Shown piece after piece: positions 1 to 10,191 of a stretch of 64,000 nucleotides of DNA. Both the position numbers and the translations under genes were made by a program. Position 1 is the first letter of the stretch, and the number at the start of each line of letters is the position of its first letter. The notes beneath the pieces were generated by a model, which saw only the letters and a program-made list of their open reading frames with translations, ran no database searches and was not told the origin of the DNA. The DNA comes from an uncultured Bacillota bacterium (lineage in GTDB: Bacteria > Sysuimicrobiota > Sysuimicrobiia > Sysuimicrobiales > Segetimicrobiaceae): assembly GCA_963804645.1 (NCBI GenBank), contig CAWDRG010000009.1, positions 992,001 to 1,056,000 on the forward strand. The letters run 5' to 3'.

Positions 1-570
1 GTCTACGACAACCCGAACTTCATCGTCTGCAACACCACGTACTACCCGACGATCCTGTGCGCGCTTGCCGACGAGCTGCTGCGCGACGGCGAGATCGAGC
101 GGTTCACGACGTGGGCGTTCTATTTCGAGGGGAAGCGCTGGTTTGAGGGCAACCGCACGCTCGTCACCAACGAGAACGTCGAGCTGCCGGTGGTCGACGG
201 GTTCCGGATGCTCGAGCGGCTCGGCGACCGCCGCGTGGAGGCCAGCGCCGACAAGGTCGGGGTGCTCGCGGGCGACCGCGGGGTCATCGTGTACCACCAC
301 GTCGACGCCTGGTGGGAGGAGGGCGCGACCCAGGTGACCCTGCGGTGCGTGGGTGCCGGGTCCGGCGTGCGCGTCTGGCGCCTCGGGGACAGCCACGCCC
401 GGTGGCGTGAGATGGGGTCGCCCGAGTGCCCGTCGGCGGAGCAGGTCGCCGCGCTCAGAGCGGCGAGCGGCCTCCAGCCGGGCGAGACGGTCCGGGGAGA
501 GGGCGGACGCCTCACGCACCGGCTCGACGTGCGGGCGCACGAAGCCGTGCTGTGCGAGGTGCTGCCGTAG
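1..570 (+). CDS. Glycoside hydrolase family 39 (beta-xylosidase-like), C-terminal part; 5' end outside the window
   Basis: Frame 1 is open from base 1: VYDNPNF..NTTYYP..TWAFYFEGKRWFEGNRTL..LPVVDGFRMLERLG, which resembles GH39 C-terminal regions; stop at 570. Confidence 0.65.
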   Translation, partial: VYDNPNFIVCNTTYYPTILCALADELLRDGEIERFTTWAFYFEGKRWFEGNRTLVTNENVELPVVDGFRMLERLGDRRVEASADKVGVLAGDRGVIVYHHVDAWWEEGATQVTLRCVGAGSGVRVWRLGDSHARWREMGSPECPSAEQVAALRAASGLQPGETVRGEGGRLTHRLDVRAHEAVLCEVLP

Positions 571-1808
571 AACTTGGGTTGATCGGCTGCGGCGGCATGG
601 GCCGCCGGCATCTCCACGGGCTCGTGGAGCTGCACCGCGCGGCGGGCGATGCCACGGTCCGCCTCGCCGCGGTCGCCGACCGAGACCGGGCGCGGGCGTC
701 GACGTTGGCCGCGGAGGCCGAGCGGCTGCTCGGGCGCCCGCCCGCGGTCTTTCCGGATCAGGACGCGATGGCCGCGTCGGGCGCCGTCGAGGCGGTCGCG
801 ATCACGACCGGGACGGAGTCGCACGCGGACCTGTGCTGCGCGGCGCTTGAGCGCGGGCTCCACGTGCTGGTGGAGAAGCCGCTCGCTGTCACGGTGGCGG
901 AGTGCCTGCGCGTGCAGCGCGCCGCGGCGCGGGCGGGCCGCGTGGTGGGCGTGGCGGAGCAGGTGCGGCGCGAGGCCGCCCACCGGCTGGCGCGCGCCGC
1001 GATCGAGAGCGGCCTGATCGGCGACGTGCGGATGGTGATCGATGAGGCGTTTTCCGGCGGCGATTCTATTCTGCTGACCCCGTGGCGCCACCGGAAGTTC
1101 ACCGGCGGCACGCTGCTCGACGTCATGGTCCACACCGCCGATTTGCTCGAATACCTGGCGGGCCGCGTGGCGCGGGTGGCCGGCCAAATCCGGCTCGCGG
1201 AGCCGGTGCGCCGCTCGCGGGGTGACCCCGGGCCGGTCAGGAGCGCCTCGTACTACGACGCGTGGGTGCCTGAGCTCCCGCGGGAGTTCGCGGCGGACGC
1301 CGAGGATGAGGCGGCCGCGGTCCTGCAGTTCCAGTCGGGCGCGCTCGGGACGTGGACGACCAGCCAGGCCGCCCATGGGGAGGCGAGCCGCGCGCGGTGG
1401 ATCTACGGCAGCCGCGGGTCCCTGCGCATGCCGCCCGACCGCTCGGGAGCCTCCCCCGTGTTCACCCCGGACCGGGGGACCGCGCTCGAGGGACAGGCCC
1501 TCGTCGACGCGGTGCCGTCCTACCGCCTCGATGAGCTCAGCGCAGCGGTCTACGGCGGCGCGCGGCACGTGCCGTCGGAGCTGCCGTTTCCCCTGATCGA
1601 TCACAAGCTCGTCGCGATCGAGCTCGGCGACTTCGCCGACGCCGTCCGGCGCCGCCGCGCGCCCGAGGTGGACGCGGCCGAGGGCACGCGTAACATCGCG
1701 CTCGTCTGGGCGGTGTGCGAGGCGTCGCTCGCCGGGGGCTGGATGGACGTCGCCGAGGTGGAGCGCGGCGAGCACACCGCGTACCAGGATACCCTGCGCC
1801 GCGCGTAG
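552..1808 (+). CDS. Gfo/Idh/MocA family oxidoreductase
   Basis: GLIGCGGMG Rossmann motif, HVLVEKP motif and GGTLLDVMVH; GTG start chosen at 552, overlapping the upstream gene. Confidence 0.9.
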   Translation: MRGAAVELGLIGCGGMGRRHLHGLVELHRAAGDATVRLAAVADRDRARASTLAAEAERLLGRPPAVFPDQDAMAASGAVEAVAITTGTESHADLCCAALERGLHVLVEKPLAVTVAECLRVQRAAARAGRVVGVAEQVRREAAHRLARAAIESGLIGDVRMVIDEAFSGGDSILLTPWRHRKFTGGTLLDVMVHTADLLEYLAGRVARVAGQIRLAEPVRRSRGDPGPVRSASYYDAWVPELPREFAADAEDEAAAVLQFQSGALGTWTTSQAAHGEASRARWIYGSRGSLRMPPDRSGASPVFTPDRGTALEGQALVDAVPSYRLDELSAAVYGGARHVPSELPFPLIDHKLVAIELGDFADAVRRRRAPEVDAAEGTRNIALVWAVCEASLAGGWMDVAEVERGEHTAYQDTLRRA

Positions 1809-2009
1809 GCGCCCCCCGCGCTGCGCCGCGGTTCCGCGGCGGCTCGATCGCCGTCGAGCATGTTTTCCGCACCCTTCGGTTGCTGCCGCCGAGATGGTCG
1901 TTACAAGAGCGTCCGAGGAGCAGGAACCCGGTCCCGGTGCCCGAACCATAGGGCGCCCTAGGCCCGGGGGCCTTGGGGTGCACGAGGACGCTGAGTGAGG
2001 GGTGCACAG

Positions 2010-3248
2010 ATGCGGCGACATCGACGGCTAGGAACGATGCTCCTGGTCTTTCCCGCACTGCTCTTAGTGCTCGCGTCTCCCGGTCGGCCGGCGTCGATGC
2101 CGGAGATCAAGGTCGGCACGGTGCTCCCGCTCACCGGGGCGTTCGGCTCCGCCGGGCTCTACTTCCGGCAGGGCTACTCGATGGCGGTCGACGACGTCAA
2201 CAACGCGGGCGGCCTCCAGGTCGGCTCCCAGAAGTACCACATCAACCTCATCATCCTCGACGACGCGAGCAACGGCACGCAGTCCCGCAGCCTGGTCGAG
2301 AAGCTGGTGACCGACCAGCACGTGAACTTCCTGCTGGGCGGGTACGACACGTCGCTCGTCGAGGCGCAAGAGGTCGTCCCGGATCAGTACAAGATTCCGT
2401 ACGTGGAGGGCGGCGGCGCGGCCTCGGATATCTTCAAGCGCGGGTACAAGTATCTCTTCGGCACGCTCGCGACGGTGTACGACATGGGCACGACCACGGC
2501 CGACTTCCTGACCTACGAGATGAACCAGGGGAAGCTGCCGAAGCCGCTCACCGAGGCGGTGGTGTACGAGAACACCGATCACGGCAAGGACTATATCAAC
2601 GCGCTGACCGACGAGGCGAAGGCGCACCCGGATCTGTTCAAGATCGTGCTCAGTCAGCCGTTCCAGCTCAACGCCAGCGACTTCAGCCCGCTGCTCCAGC
2701 AGGTCAAGGCGGCGAACCCCGAGGCGTTTCTGTCCGACGCCCATCTGCCGGACTTCATCACGATGCAGCGGCAGTATCTGCAGCTCGGGATGTACAACCC
2801 GTTCATCTCGTACGGCGCCCGCGGGCCGGATCAGGCGGGACGCAAGGCGCTCGGCGCCGGCGCGGACTATCTCATCGCCGCGCTGTGGTGGACGCCCGCG
2901 CTCAAGGATCCGGGCTCGCAGCTCTTTTCCGACCGGTACGAGAAGGAGTTCAACGCGACCCCGGACTGGTTCCAGGCGCTCGGCTACGACACGGCGCGGG
3001 TGTTGTTCGCCGGCGTCCACAACGCCAACAGCCTCGACGGGACCGCGGTGCGGGACTCGCTCGCGCACCTCGTGTTCAAGAGCGCGCTGATCCCGGGCAA
3101 CGTGATCCGGTTCGGTGCCAACGGGCAGATCCAGGGATCGCCGTACGTGGTCGTCCAGAACACTCCCGGCAACACGGTGCGGATCGTGTGGCCGCGGAAC
3201 CTCCCGGAGACGAGGGACGTGACGCTGCCCGTGCCGCACATGCCGTAA
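2010..3248 (+). CDS. Branched-chain amino acid (Liv-type) ABC transporter substrate-binding protein
   Basis: Signal peptide, IKVGTVLPLTG, VNNAGG, LDDAS and GYD motifs; followed by two permeases and two ATPases. Confidence 0.9.
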   Translation: MRRHRRLGTMLLVFPALLLVLASPGRPASMPEIKVGTVLPLTGAFGSAGLYFRQGYSMAVDDVNNAGGLQVGSQKYHINLIILDDASNGTQSRSLVEKLVTDQHVNFLLGGYDTSLVEAQEVVPDQYKIPYVEGGGAASDIFKRGYKYLFGTLATVYDMGTTTADFLTYEMNQGKLPKPLTEAVVYENTDHGKDYINALTDEAKAHPDLFKIVLSQPFQLNASDFSPLLQQVKAANPEAFLSDAHLPDFITMQRQYLQLGMYNPFISYGARGPDQAGRKALGAGADYLIAALWWTPALKDPGSQLFSDRYEKEFNATPDWFQALGYDTARVLFAGVHNANSLDGTAVRDSLAHLVFKSALIPGNVIRFGANGQIQGSPYVVVQNTPGNTVRIVWPRNLPETRDVTLPVPHMP

Positions 3249-3285
3249 CGGCGGCGCCGGGCCGGACGCCCGGACGGCGGCCCTT

Positions 3286-4170
3286 GTGTTGACGGCCCAA
3301 AACCTGATCTCGATCGGCATCGCGGCGCTGCTGACGGCGGGGCTGTACGCAGCCATGTCGTACGGCCTCGCCCTCATTTACGGCGTCATGAAGGTGATCA
3401 ACCTCAGCAACGCCGGGTTCCTGATGCTGGGGGCGTTCATGACGTTCGTGTACTTTAACGCGTGGCACCTCGATCCAATGCTCGGCGCCGTCGTGAACCT
3501 GCCCGTATTCTTTGTGGCCGGCTGGCTCCTGTACACGCTGCTGGTCCGGCGGGTGATGGCCGCGCTGCCGATCGCCTCGCTGCTGCTCTTGTTCGCGGTG
3601 TGGCTCGTGCTGCAGAACGTGGCGCTGCTCATCTGGGGAAGCGACGACCACTCGATCATCACGGCGTACACGTACAAGGCCGTCGAGATCCTCGGCTACC
3701 GCATCCCGCTGACGCGGCTCCTGGTCTTCGGCATCGCGGTGGCCGCCCTCGGCGTGCTCCACCTGGTCCTCGGCCGCACGTATCTCGGCAAGGCGCTGCG
3801 GGCCACCGTCCAGGACCCGCAGGCCGCGGTGCTCGCGGGCATCGACACCGAGCGGCTCAGCGCCCTCTCGTTCGGGCTCGGCACCGCGCTCGCCGCGTTC
3901 GCGGGCGGCCTGCTCACGCTCTTGTTCAGCTTCACGCCGGACTTCGGCGGCGACTTCCAGCTCAAGAGCTTCACGATCATCGTCCTCGGCGGCCTCGAGA
4001 GCTTCGCGGGGGTGATGGTCGGCGCGGCGATCCTCGCGTTCACGGAGTCCTACGCGGTGCTGTTCATGCGTGCGAGCCTGCAGAACGTGCTCGCGTACGC
4101 CCTGCTCGTGATCGCGCTGATCGTGCTGCCCGGGGGCGTCTCCCAGCTCTGGACGCGGAACCGTTCGTGA
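3286..4170 (+). CDS. Liv-type ABC permease (LivH-like)
   Basis: GLALIYGVMKVINLS, GKALRAT and IIVLGG motifs; hydrophobic. Confidence 0.9.
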   Translation: MLTAQNLISIGIAALLTAGLYAAMSYGLALIYGVMKVINLSNAGFLMLGAFMTFVYFNAWHLDPMLGAVVNLPVFFVAGWLLYTLLVRRVMAALPIASLLLLFAVWLVLQNVALLIWGSDDHSIITAYTYKAVEILGYRIPLTRLLVFGIAVAALGVLHLVLGRTYLGKALRATVQDPQAAVLAGIDTERLSALSFGLGTALAAFAGGLLTLLFSFTPDFGGDFQLKSFTIIVLGGLESFAGVMVGAAILAFTESYAVLFMRASLQNVLAYALLVIALIVLPGGVSQLWTRNRS

Positions 4171-5180
4171 CGGCCGACCGCGCGCGGCGCGGGCCCGCCG
4201 CGCGCCCGGAGCTGCTCATCGCGGCGGCGCTCGGCATCGCGCTGGCGTTCGTGCCGGCGCTGCGGCCCGGCGACCTCACGCTCCTGAACCTCGGGTTCTT
4301 CACCCTGCTCTATGTGGCCCAGGGCGTTTCCTGGAACATCCTCGGCGGCTTCGCCGGATACATTTCGTTCGGGTACGCGGCGTTCTACGGCCTCGGCGCG
4401 TACACGACCGCACTGTTGTGGATCGCCGGGTGGCCGCCGGTCCTCACGTATCCGGTCGCCGGGCTCGTCGCCGCGGTGTTCTCGCTCGTGATCGGGGTGC
4501 CGACGCTCCGGCTCGTGGGTCCGTACTTCTCCATCGCCACCATCGGCGTGGGCGAGGCGATGCGCATCCTGATGCTGAACCTCGACCGGATCACCGGCGG
4601 CGCCTCCGGGCTCAACCTGCCAACGACGGTGCCGTCGAAGGCGTGGTTCTACGAGGCCGCGCTGGTGCTGGCCGCGGTGGCGTTCGCCGCCGCCGCGTGG
4701 GTGCGCGGCGCGCGGCTCGGGCTCGGCCTGCGCGCGCTGCGCCTGGACCAGGAGGCCGCGGAGAGCCTCGGCGTGCGGACCGCCCTGTTCAAGAACCTCG
4801 CCCACATCCTGAGCGCGTTCTTGGTCGGCGCGTGCGGCGGGCTGTTCGCGACCTACTTTCAATACGTGCATCCCGACACGGACTTCAGCTTCACCGAGAG
4901 CATCAGCCTCGTCTTGATCTGTCTGATCGGCGGCCTCGGCACGCTGTGGGGACCGGTCATCGGCGCCGTGATCTTCTACGCGGTCCAGAACTACCTCCAG
5001 TCCAGCTATCCGAACCTGTACCTGCTCGTGTACGGGGTGCTCCTGATCTTTGTCCTGCTGTTCGAGCCCCGGGGTCTCGTGGGCCTCGCGACGCGGCTGT
5101 GGGAGCGGGGCCGCCGGCCGGCCCGCCGCACCCCGGCCGCGGCGGACGCGCCCCCGAGCGGCTCCGAGGGCGCCGAATGA
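4167..5180 (+). CDS. Liv-type ABC permease (LivM-like)
   Basis: SWNILGGFAGYISFG, GPYFSIAT and IGGLGTLWGP motifs; GTGA overlap with the upstream stop. Confidence 0.9.
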   Translation: MTADRARRGPAARPELLIAAALGIALAFVPALRPGDLTLLNLGFFTLLYVAQGVSWNILGGFAGYISFGYAAFYGLGAYTTALLWIAGWPPVLTYPVAGLVAAVFSLVIGVPTLRLVGPYFSIATIGVGEAMRILMLNLDRITGGASGLNLPTTVPSKAWFYEAALVLAAVAFAAAAWVRGARLGLGLRALRLDQEAAESLGVRTALFKNLAHILSAFLVGACGGLFATYFQYVHPDTDFSFTESISLVLICLIGGLGTLWGPVIGAVIFYAVQNYLQSSYPNLYLLVYGVLLIFVLLFEPRGLVGLATRLWERGRRPARRTPAAADAPPSGSEGAE

Positions 5181-5920
5181 ACGCCGCGCTGGCGCTTGTC
5201 CATCTGACAAAGCGCTTCGGCGGGCTGGTGGCGGTCCACGACGTGTCGGCGGAGATCGCCCCCGGGCACATCACGAGCCTGATCGGTCCGAACGGCGCGG
5301 GGAAAACGACGCTGTTTCGCATGGCGAGCGGGCATACCCGGCCGTCGTCGGGCGCCGTGTTGCACGACGGCGTGAACATCACGGGGTGGAGCCTCCACGC
5401 CGTCGCGCGGCGCGGGGTGTGCGCGACGCATCAGATCGTGCGCCCATTCACGGAGATGACCGTGCTGGAAAACGTCCTGGTCGGGGCCACGTTCGGCGGC
5501 GGGGCGCGTCTCGGCGGCACGGTGCCGCGCGCCGAGGCCGAGGAGGTGCTGGAGTTCACCGACCTCACGGCGTGGCGCGACGCGCCGGCGTCGGTGCTTA
5601 CGCTCGCGATGCGGAAGCGGCTCGAGATCGCCCGCGCGCTCGCCACGCGCCCGTCTGTCCTCCTGCTCGATGAGGCGCTCGCCGGGCTGACGCCGACCGA
5701 GTCGCAGCAGGCGGTCGGTCTCGTCCGGCGGATTCGGGACCGCGGGATCACGGTGGTGATGATCGAGCACGTGATGCGGGCCGTGATGGACCTGTCCGAC
5801 CGAGTGCTGGTGCTCAACTACGGACGGCTGATCGCCGACGGGGCGCCGTCGGTCGTGACGAGCGACCCTTGGGTGATCGAAGCCTACCTGGGGAGCCCGG
5901 ACGCGTCGGTGTCACCGTGA
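5177..5920 (+). CDS. Liv-type ABC ATP-binding protein (LivG-like)
   Basis: Walker A GPNGAGKT, LLLDEALAGL, IEH and VIEAYLG. Confidence 0.92.
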   Translation: MNAALALVHLTKRFGGLVAVHDVSAEIAPGHITSLIGPNGAGKTTLFRMASGHTRPSSGAVLHDGVNITGWSLHAVARRGVCATHQIVRPFTEMTVLENVLVGATFGGGARLGGTVPRAEAEEVLEFTDLTAWRDAPASVLTLAMRKRLEIARALATRPSVLLLDEALAGLTPTESQQAVGLVRRIRDRGITVVMIEHVMRAVMDLSDRVLVLNYGRLIADGAPSVVTSDPWVIEAYLGSPDASVSP

Positions 5921-6660
5921 TCGCGGACGTTCGGCCCGGGCCCGCGGACACGCCGCTGCTCGAGGTCGCGGGCGTCGCGGCCGCCTACGGCCACGTGCGG
6001 GCCCTGTGGGACGTGTCGTTCACCGTGCGGGAGGGCGAGATCGTCACGCTGCTCGGCGCGAACGGCGCCGGCAAGACGACCACGATGCGGGTCATCTCCG
6101 GGCTGCTTCGGCCCGAGCGGGGAGAGGTCCGAATGGCCGGCCGGCCGATCCAGCGGCTGCGCGCGTCCCAGATCGTCGGGGCGGGCGTCGTGCAGATCCC
6201 CGAGGGACGCCATCTGTGGCCCCGCATGACCGTGATCGAGAACTTGGAGTTGGGCGCGTTCACGCCGCGCGGCCGGGCCCGCGTCCGCGACACCATGGCG
6301 TCGGTCCTGTCGCTGTTTCCGAGGCTCGCGGAGCGGCGCGCACAGCTCGCGGGGACGCTCTCTGGCGGGGAGCAGCAGATGCTGGCTATCGGCCGCGGGC
6401 TGATGAGCCTGCCGCGCCTCTTGATGCTCGATGAGCCGTCCCTCGGCCTCGCGCCGCTGCTCGTGCGCGAGGTCTTTGAGACCATCCGGCGCATCAACGG
6501 CGAAGGGGTGACCGTGCTGCTCGTCGAGCAGAACGCGCATCAGGCGCTCGAGATCGCCGCCCGAGGCTACGTCCTGGAGACCGGCCGCATCGTCCGTGCG
6601 GGTACCGCGGCCGACCTGCGCCAGGATCCCGAGATCAGGCGGGTATATCTCGGAATCTAG
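5917..6660 (+). CDS. Liv-type ABC ATP-binding protein (LivF-like)
   Basis: GANGAGKT, LSGGEQQM, LDEPSLGLAP and VEQN. Confidence 0.92.
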   Translation: MIADVRPGPADTPLLEVAGVAAAYGHVRALWDVSFTVREGEIVTLLGANGAGKTTTMRVISGLLRPERGEVRMAGRPIQRLRASQIVGAGVVQIPEGRHLWPRMTVIENLELGAFTPRGRARVRDTMASVLSLFPRLAERRAQLAGTLSGGEQQMLAIGRGLMSLPRLLMLDEPSLGLAPLLVREVFETIRRINGEGVTVLLVEQNAHQALEIAARGYVLETGRIVRAGTAADLRQDPEIRRVYLGI

Positions 6661-6969
6661 GCCGGATGTCGGCGACCTGCCGTCGTGGAGCACGGTGCCG
6701 CTTGGCTGCGGCTGCTCGATGTGACCGGCGCGTTACGCGATAGGACGGGGTGCTGGGCGCCATCGACCGCGGCATTCGTGGTAAGATCAAATCTGACTAA
6801 GGGACACCGAGCGAGCCGGGTAACCCACCGCGTTGCGCGGTACGGGACGATGGCCGCCCAGGCTGGCAACTCCTGACGCCGAAGCCACACCTTGCGCCGC
6901 GCCCGCTACGCTTCGGGACCGCCGTGGCAAGAATCAGCGAGAACCAACCGAATACCTAACTTTGGTGGG

Positions 6970-6998
6970 ATGACCCCAAGTCCGTCGAGGCTTACAAT
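6970..6998 (+). promoter_or_regulatory. Possible sigma70-type promoter for the sulfatase module
   Basis: ATGACC (6970-6975), 17 bp spacer, TACAAT (6993-6998). Confidence 0.4.
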
Positions 6999-7144
6999 AT
7001 GGTCCACGGGCGTGCACAACATGGTCCTCGATCGACGCGGGATCCTCTCGTGGTCATCGCGGGCCGCCGCCGCGTGGTGACCGGGACGCTCGGGGCAGCG
7101 GGGACGGAAGGACAGCCAAGGCCGATCGAGCCGGAGGTGTCGTA

Positions 7145-8017
7145 ATGCACATCACGTTGCCGTTGGCGATGGTGCTCCTGTTCTTGGTCACGGTGATGTT
7201 CGCGGTGGGTCTCGAGGAAACCCCCGGGCAGGTCCTGGCCACCATCAAAAACGGTCCGCTCATGGCGAAGCTCCTCGTCGCGAACCTCGTGCTGATGCCG
7301 GTCATTGCCCTGCTTCTCTTGAAGCTCGCCAACCTGTCGGAAGACATCGTCATCGGCATCCTGCTGATGGCGGCGGCTCCCGGCGTCCCGTTTCTGCCGC
7401 GGATGGCCGCCTCCGCCAAAGGGAATGTCGCGTTCGCGGTCGGGCTGATGATCGTGCTGCAGATGGCCTCCGTCATCACCACGCCAGTCACGCTGAATCT
7501 CATCCTGCCTGTGGACGCTGTGGTCAAGGTCCCCGCGGCTCGTATCATCACCTCCCTGGTCTTGTTCCAGCTGATTCCCCTCGCGCTCGGCATGCTGATC
7601 GCGCACCGTTCCGCGTCGCTGGCCGGCACGCTCGCGAAGCCGGCCAAACTGCTGTCGACCATCGGTCTGATCGGGACGGTGGTGTTGTTGATCGGGCCCC
7701 ACCTCGACGTGGTGGGCAAGGTGTTCGGGGGAGGCGCGCTGGCGATCATGTTGGTGCTCGTCGTCGTCGCGTGGCCCATCGGCTGGGCCCTGGGCGGAGC
7801 GGATGTGGCCTCCCGGAAGACCCTGGCCCTGGGCACCAGCCTGCGGAACGTCGGGCTGTGCCTGCTGGTCGGCACCCAGGACTTCCCAAACACGGGTGTC
7901 GTCGCCGCCGTCGGGTCCTATCTGCTGATTCAAGCCGTTGCGAACCTGATCTTCGCGAGATATCTGGGCCGCGCGTCCAAACCGGAACTGGGCGGGGCGT
8001 CGGCAAAACCGGTCTAG
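7145..8017 (+). CDS. Bile acid:sodium symporter (BASS/SBF) family transporter
   Basis: ANLVLMP, AAAPG and GTSLRNVG motifs; about 9 hydrophobic segments; GGAGG RBS. Confidence 0.85.
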   Translation: MHITLPLAMVLLFLVTVMFAVGLEETPGQVLATIKNGPLMAKLLVANLVLMPVIALLLLKLANLSEDIVIGILLMAAAPGVPFLPRMAASAKGNVAFAVGLMIVLQMASVITTPVTLNLILPVDAVVKVPAARIITSLVLFQLIPLALGMLIAHRSASLAGTLAKPAKLLSTIGLIGTVVLLIGPHLDVVGKVFGGGALAIMLVLVVVAWPIGWALGGADVASRKTLALGTSLRNVGLCLLVGTQDFPNTGVVAAVGSYLLIQAVANLIFARYLGRASKPELGGASAKPV

Positions 8018-8067
8018 GCGTCAACCGGCTGTTCGATACGCGACATGGTGAGACAAGGGGAGTAGCG

Positions 8068-9078
8068 ATGGACGAGGTCACACACTCGGCGATCGAGATA
8101 CGAGCAAGAAAGACGTCGACCGGTTCGAAGCAGGTGCTCCCGCCGGCGCCGGGCATGATGTGGGTCCCGGGCGGGACGTTTCAGATGGGTTCGGAGCAGT
8201 ACTATCCGGAAGAGGCTCCGGTCCACCGGGTCACCGTCGACGCCTTCTGGATGGATCAGCACACCGTGACGAACGAAGCGTTTGCCCGGTTTGTCGACGC
8301 GGCCGGCCATGTCACGTTCGCGGAGCGTCAGCCTCGAGCGGAGGACTATCCCGGAGCGCTGCCGGGAATGCTCGTCCCCGGGTCCCTGGTCTTCCAGAAG
8401 CCCGCGCAGCGCGTCGATCTGCAGAACATGACCAACTGGTGGGCATACGTGCCGGGGGCGGACTGGCGGCACCCGGAGGGCCCGAACAGCTCAATCGAGG
8501 GGCGGGAGACTCATCCGGTCGTGCACGTCGCGTACGAGGACGCGAAAGCGTACGCGGCGTGGGCAAGGAAGTCCCTGCCAACCGAAGCCGAATGGGAGTT
8601 TGCCGCGCGCGGCGGACTGGACGGCGCGGCGTACGCCTGGGGCGACGAGTTCGCGCCGGACGGCCAGATGATGGCGAACACCTGGCAGGGGGAGTTCCCC
8701 TGGGAGAACCTGCGCACCGACGGGTACGAGGGGACGGCTCCCGTGGGGTCGTTTCCGGCGAACGGGTACGGGCTCTACGACATGGCGGGTAACGTCTGGC
8801 AGTGGACGATGGACTGGTATTATCCGCGCCACCCCGAGGAGGCGCAGAAGGCGTGCTGCGTGCCGGTGAACCCTCGCGGCGGGAAGAAAGATGCGAGCTA
8901 CGATCCGGCGCAGCCGGACATCCGGATTCCACGGAAAGTCCTGAAGGGCGGGTCCCACCTCTGCGCTCCCAACTACTGCCTGCGGTATCGTCCCGCGGCG
9001 CGATTTCCCGAGCCGATCGACACTTCGACCTGCCACGTCGGGTTTCGATGCATCGTGAGGGCATCGGCGAAGTCGTAA
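8068..9078 (+). CDS. Formylglycine-generating enzyme (SUMF1/FGE, sulfatase-modifying factor)
   Basis: LPTEAEWEFAARGG, NGYGLYDMAGNVWQW, catalytic-type KGGSHLCAPNYC, and HVGFRC. Confidence 0.93.
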   Translation: MDEVTHSAIEIRARKTSTGSKQVLPPAPGMMWVPGGTFQMGSEQYYPEEAPVHRVTVDAFWMDQHTVTNEAFARFVDAAGHVTFAERQPRAEDYPGALPGMLVPGSLVFQKPAQRVDLQNMTNWWAYVPGADWRHPEGPNSSIEGRETHPVVHVAYEDAKAYAAWARKSLPTEAEWEFAARGGLDGAAYAWGDEFAPDGQMMANTWQGEFPWENLRTDGYEGTAPVGSFPANGYGLYDMAGNVWQWTMDWYYPRHPEEAQKACCVPVNPRGGKKDASYDPAQPDIRIPRKVLKGGSHLCAPNYCLRYRPAARFPEPIDTSTCHVGFRCIVRASAKS

Positions 9079-9269
9079 GCTCGCGGACTTCCTGGGCGAC
9101 GGCCGGGCACCCGCACGGTCTCGTCCACTCCGGGACGGAGACCAGCACCCCACCGCCCGAAGACGATCCGAATGCGCCGTAGATTGGTCTCGGGCAAACG
9201 CGGGAGCGATTCGGGTCAAGAGATCGGGAGTCGGCCACCACATTCACGAGTCGCGAAAGGAGCGAACGG

Positions 9270-10016
9270 ATGGATTTCCTCCCAGCTTTGCGCGCCACGG
9301 CCATTTTTCACACATCGTGGGACGCGTTCACCATCATCGATCTGATCGCGGCATCGACGAATGCGCTCAACGGCGCGTTGCTCGCCCGCCGTCCCGATCA
9401 CTATAAGAACTACACCGATGTTGGCATCCTCGCGATGGCATTCTTGGGCGGGATCGGCGGCGGCGTCTCGCGCGATATCGTGCTCAACCGTGTCCCGGCG
9501 GCGTTCACCAACCCGTGGTACATGGTGGTGTGTGCGGCGGCCGGGCTGATTGGGCTCGCGATTTCCTACAGAACCGGGCAAAAGTTCCGCGAAGGGATCT
9601 TTCAGATCATGACCGCATTCTCGCTGCCCTGGTACGCCATCGTCGGGGCAGACGCGGCGTTGCACGCGCACCTGCCGCTGTTCGCCGCGGTGATCGTCGG
9701 CATCATCGGCCCCACGGCCGGGCGGTACTTTATCGACATCACGTCGCTGGTTGTGCCCAAGCAGTTCGTCCAAGGGGAGTGGTTTGTCGGTACCGCCATC
9801 CTCGCTTCCGTCTTATACATCATTCTTGCCGGCGTGGGGCTCACGATCTGGCCGGCGGCCCTCATCACCTTCGCCATTGCGTTCGGGTTCCGCCTCCTGG
9901 CACAGTCCCTGAGGTGGGAGGAGCCGGAGCCCTGGGAGCCTGCGCCGGTCCGGGCGACGCCGAAGGTGGGCGACACGTTGGAGGAATCTATTCATGAAGA
10001 GTTTGAGAAGAAGTAG
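9270..10016 (+). CDS. TRIC cation channel / UPF0126 family membrane protein
   Basis: GIGGGVSRDI motif with the second repeat TAGRYFID; 7 hydrophobic segments; AAAGGAG RBS. Confidence 0.8.
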   Translation: MDFLPALRATAIFHTSWDAFTIIDLIAASTNALNGALLARRPDHYKNYTDVGILAMAFLGGIGGGVSRDIVLNRVPAAFTNPWYMVVCAAAGLIGLAISYRTGQKFREGIFQIMTAFSLPWYAIVGADAALHAHLPLFAAVIVGIIGPTAGRYFIDITSLVVPKQFVQGEWFVGTAILASVLYIILAGVGLTIWPAALITFAIAFGFRLLAQSLRWEEPEPWEPAPVRATPKVGDTLEESIHEEFEKK

Positions 10017-10191
10017 CGACGCTTGTCCGCAAGGCGGGCACCGGGGCGCTTGGGCATGCGCGGCGCCGGCCGTCGTGGACCTCGACGCATGACGCGAACG
10101 ACGACGACACAGCGGAGCGGGGAGGGTGGGCACGGATCGAAGGTCGTTTTGAGCAGTGGCGTGTACACTATCTTGGGGAGGAATCAGGATC

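Noticed and set aside
9079..9269. Glycine riboswitch upstream of the UPF0126/TRIC gene
   Set aside because: Only a loose GGAGA...CCGAAG resemblance; the conserved CTCTCAGG element is missing. An Infernal RF00504 search would be decisive.
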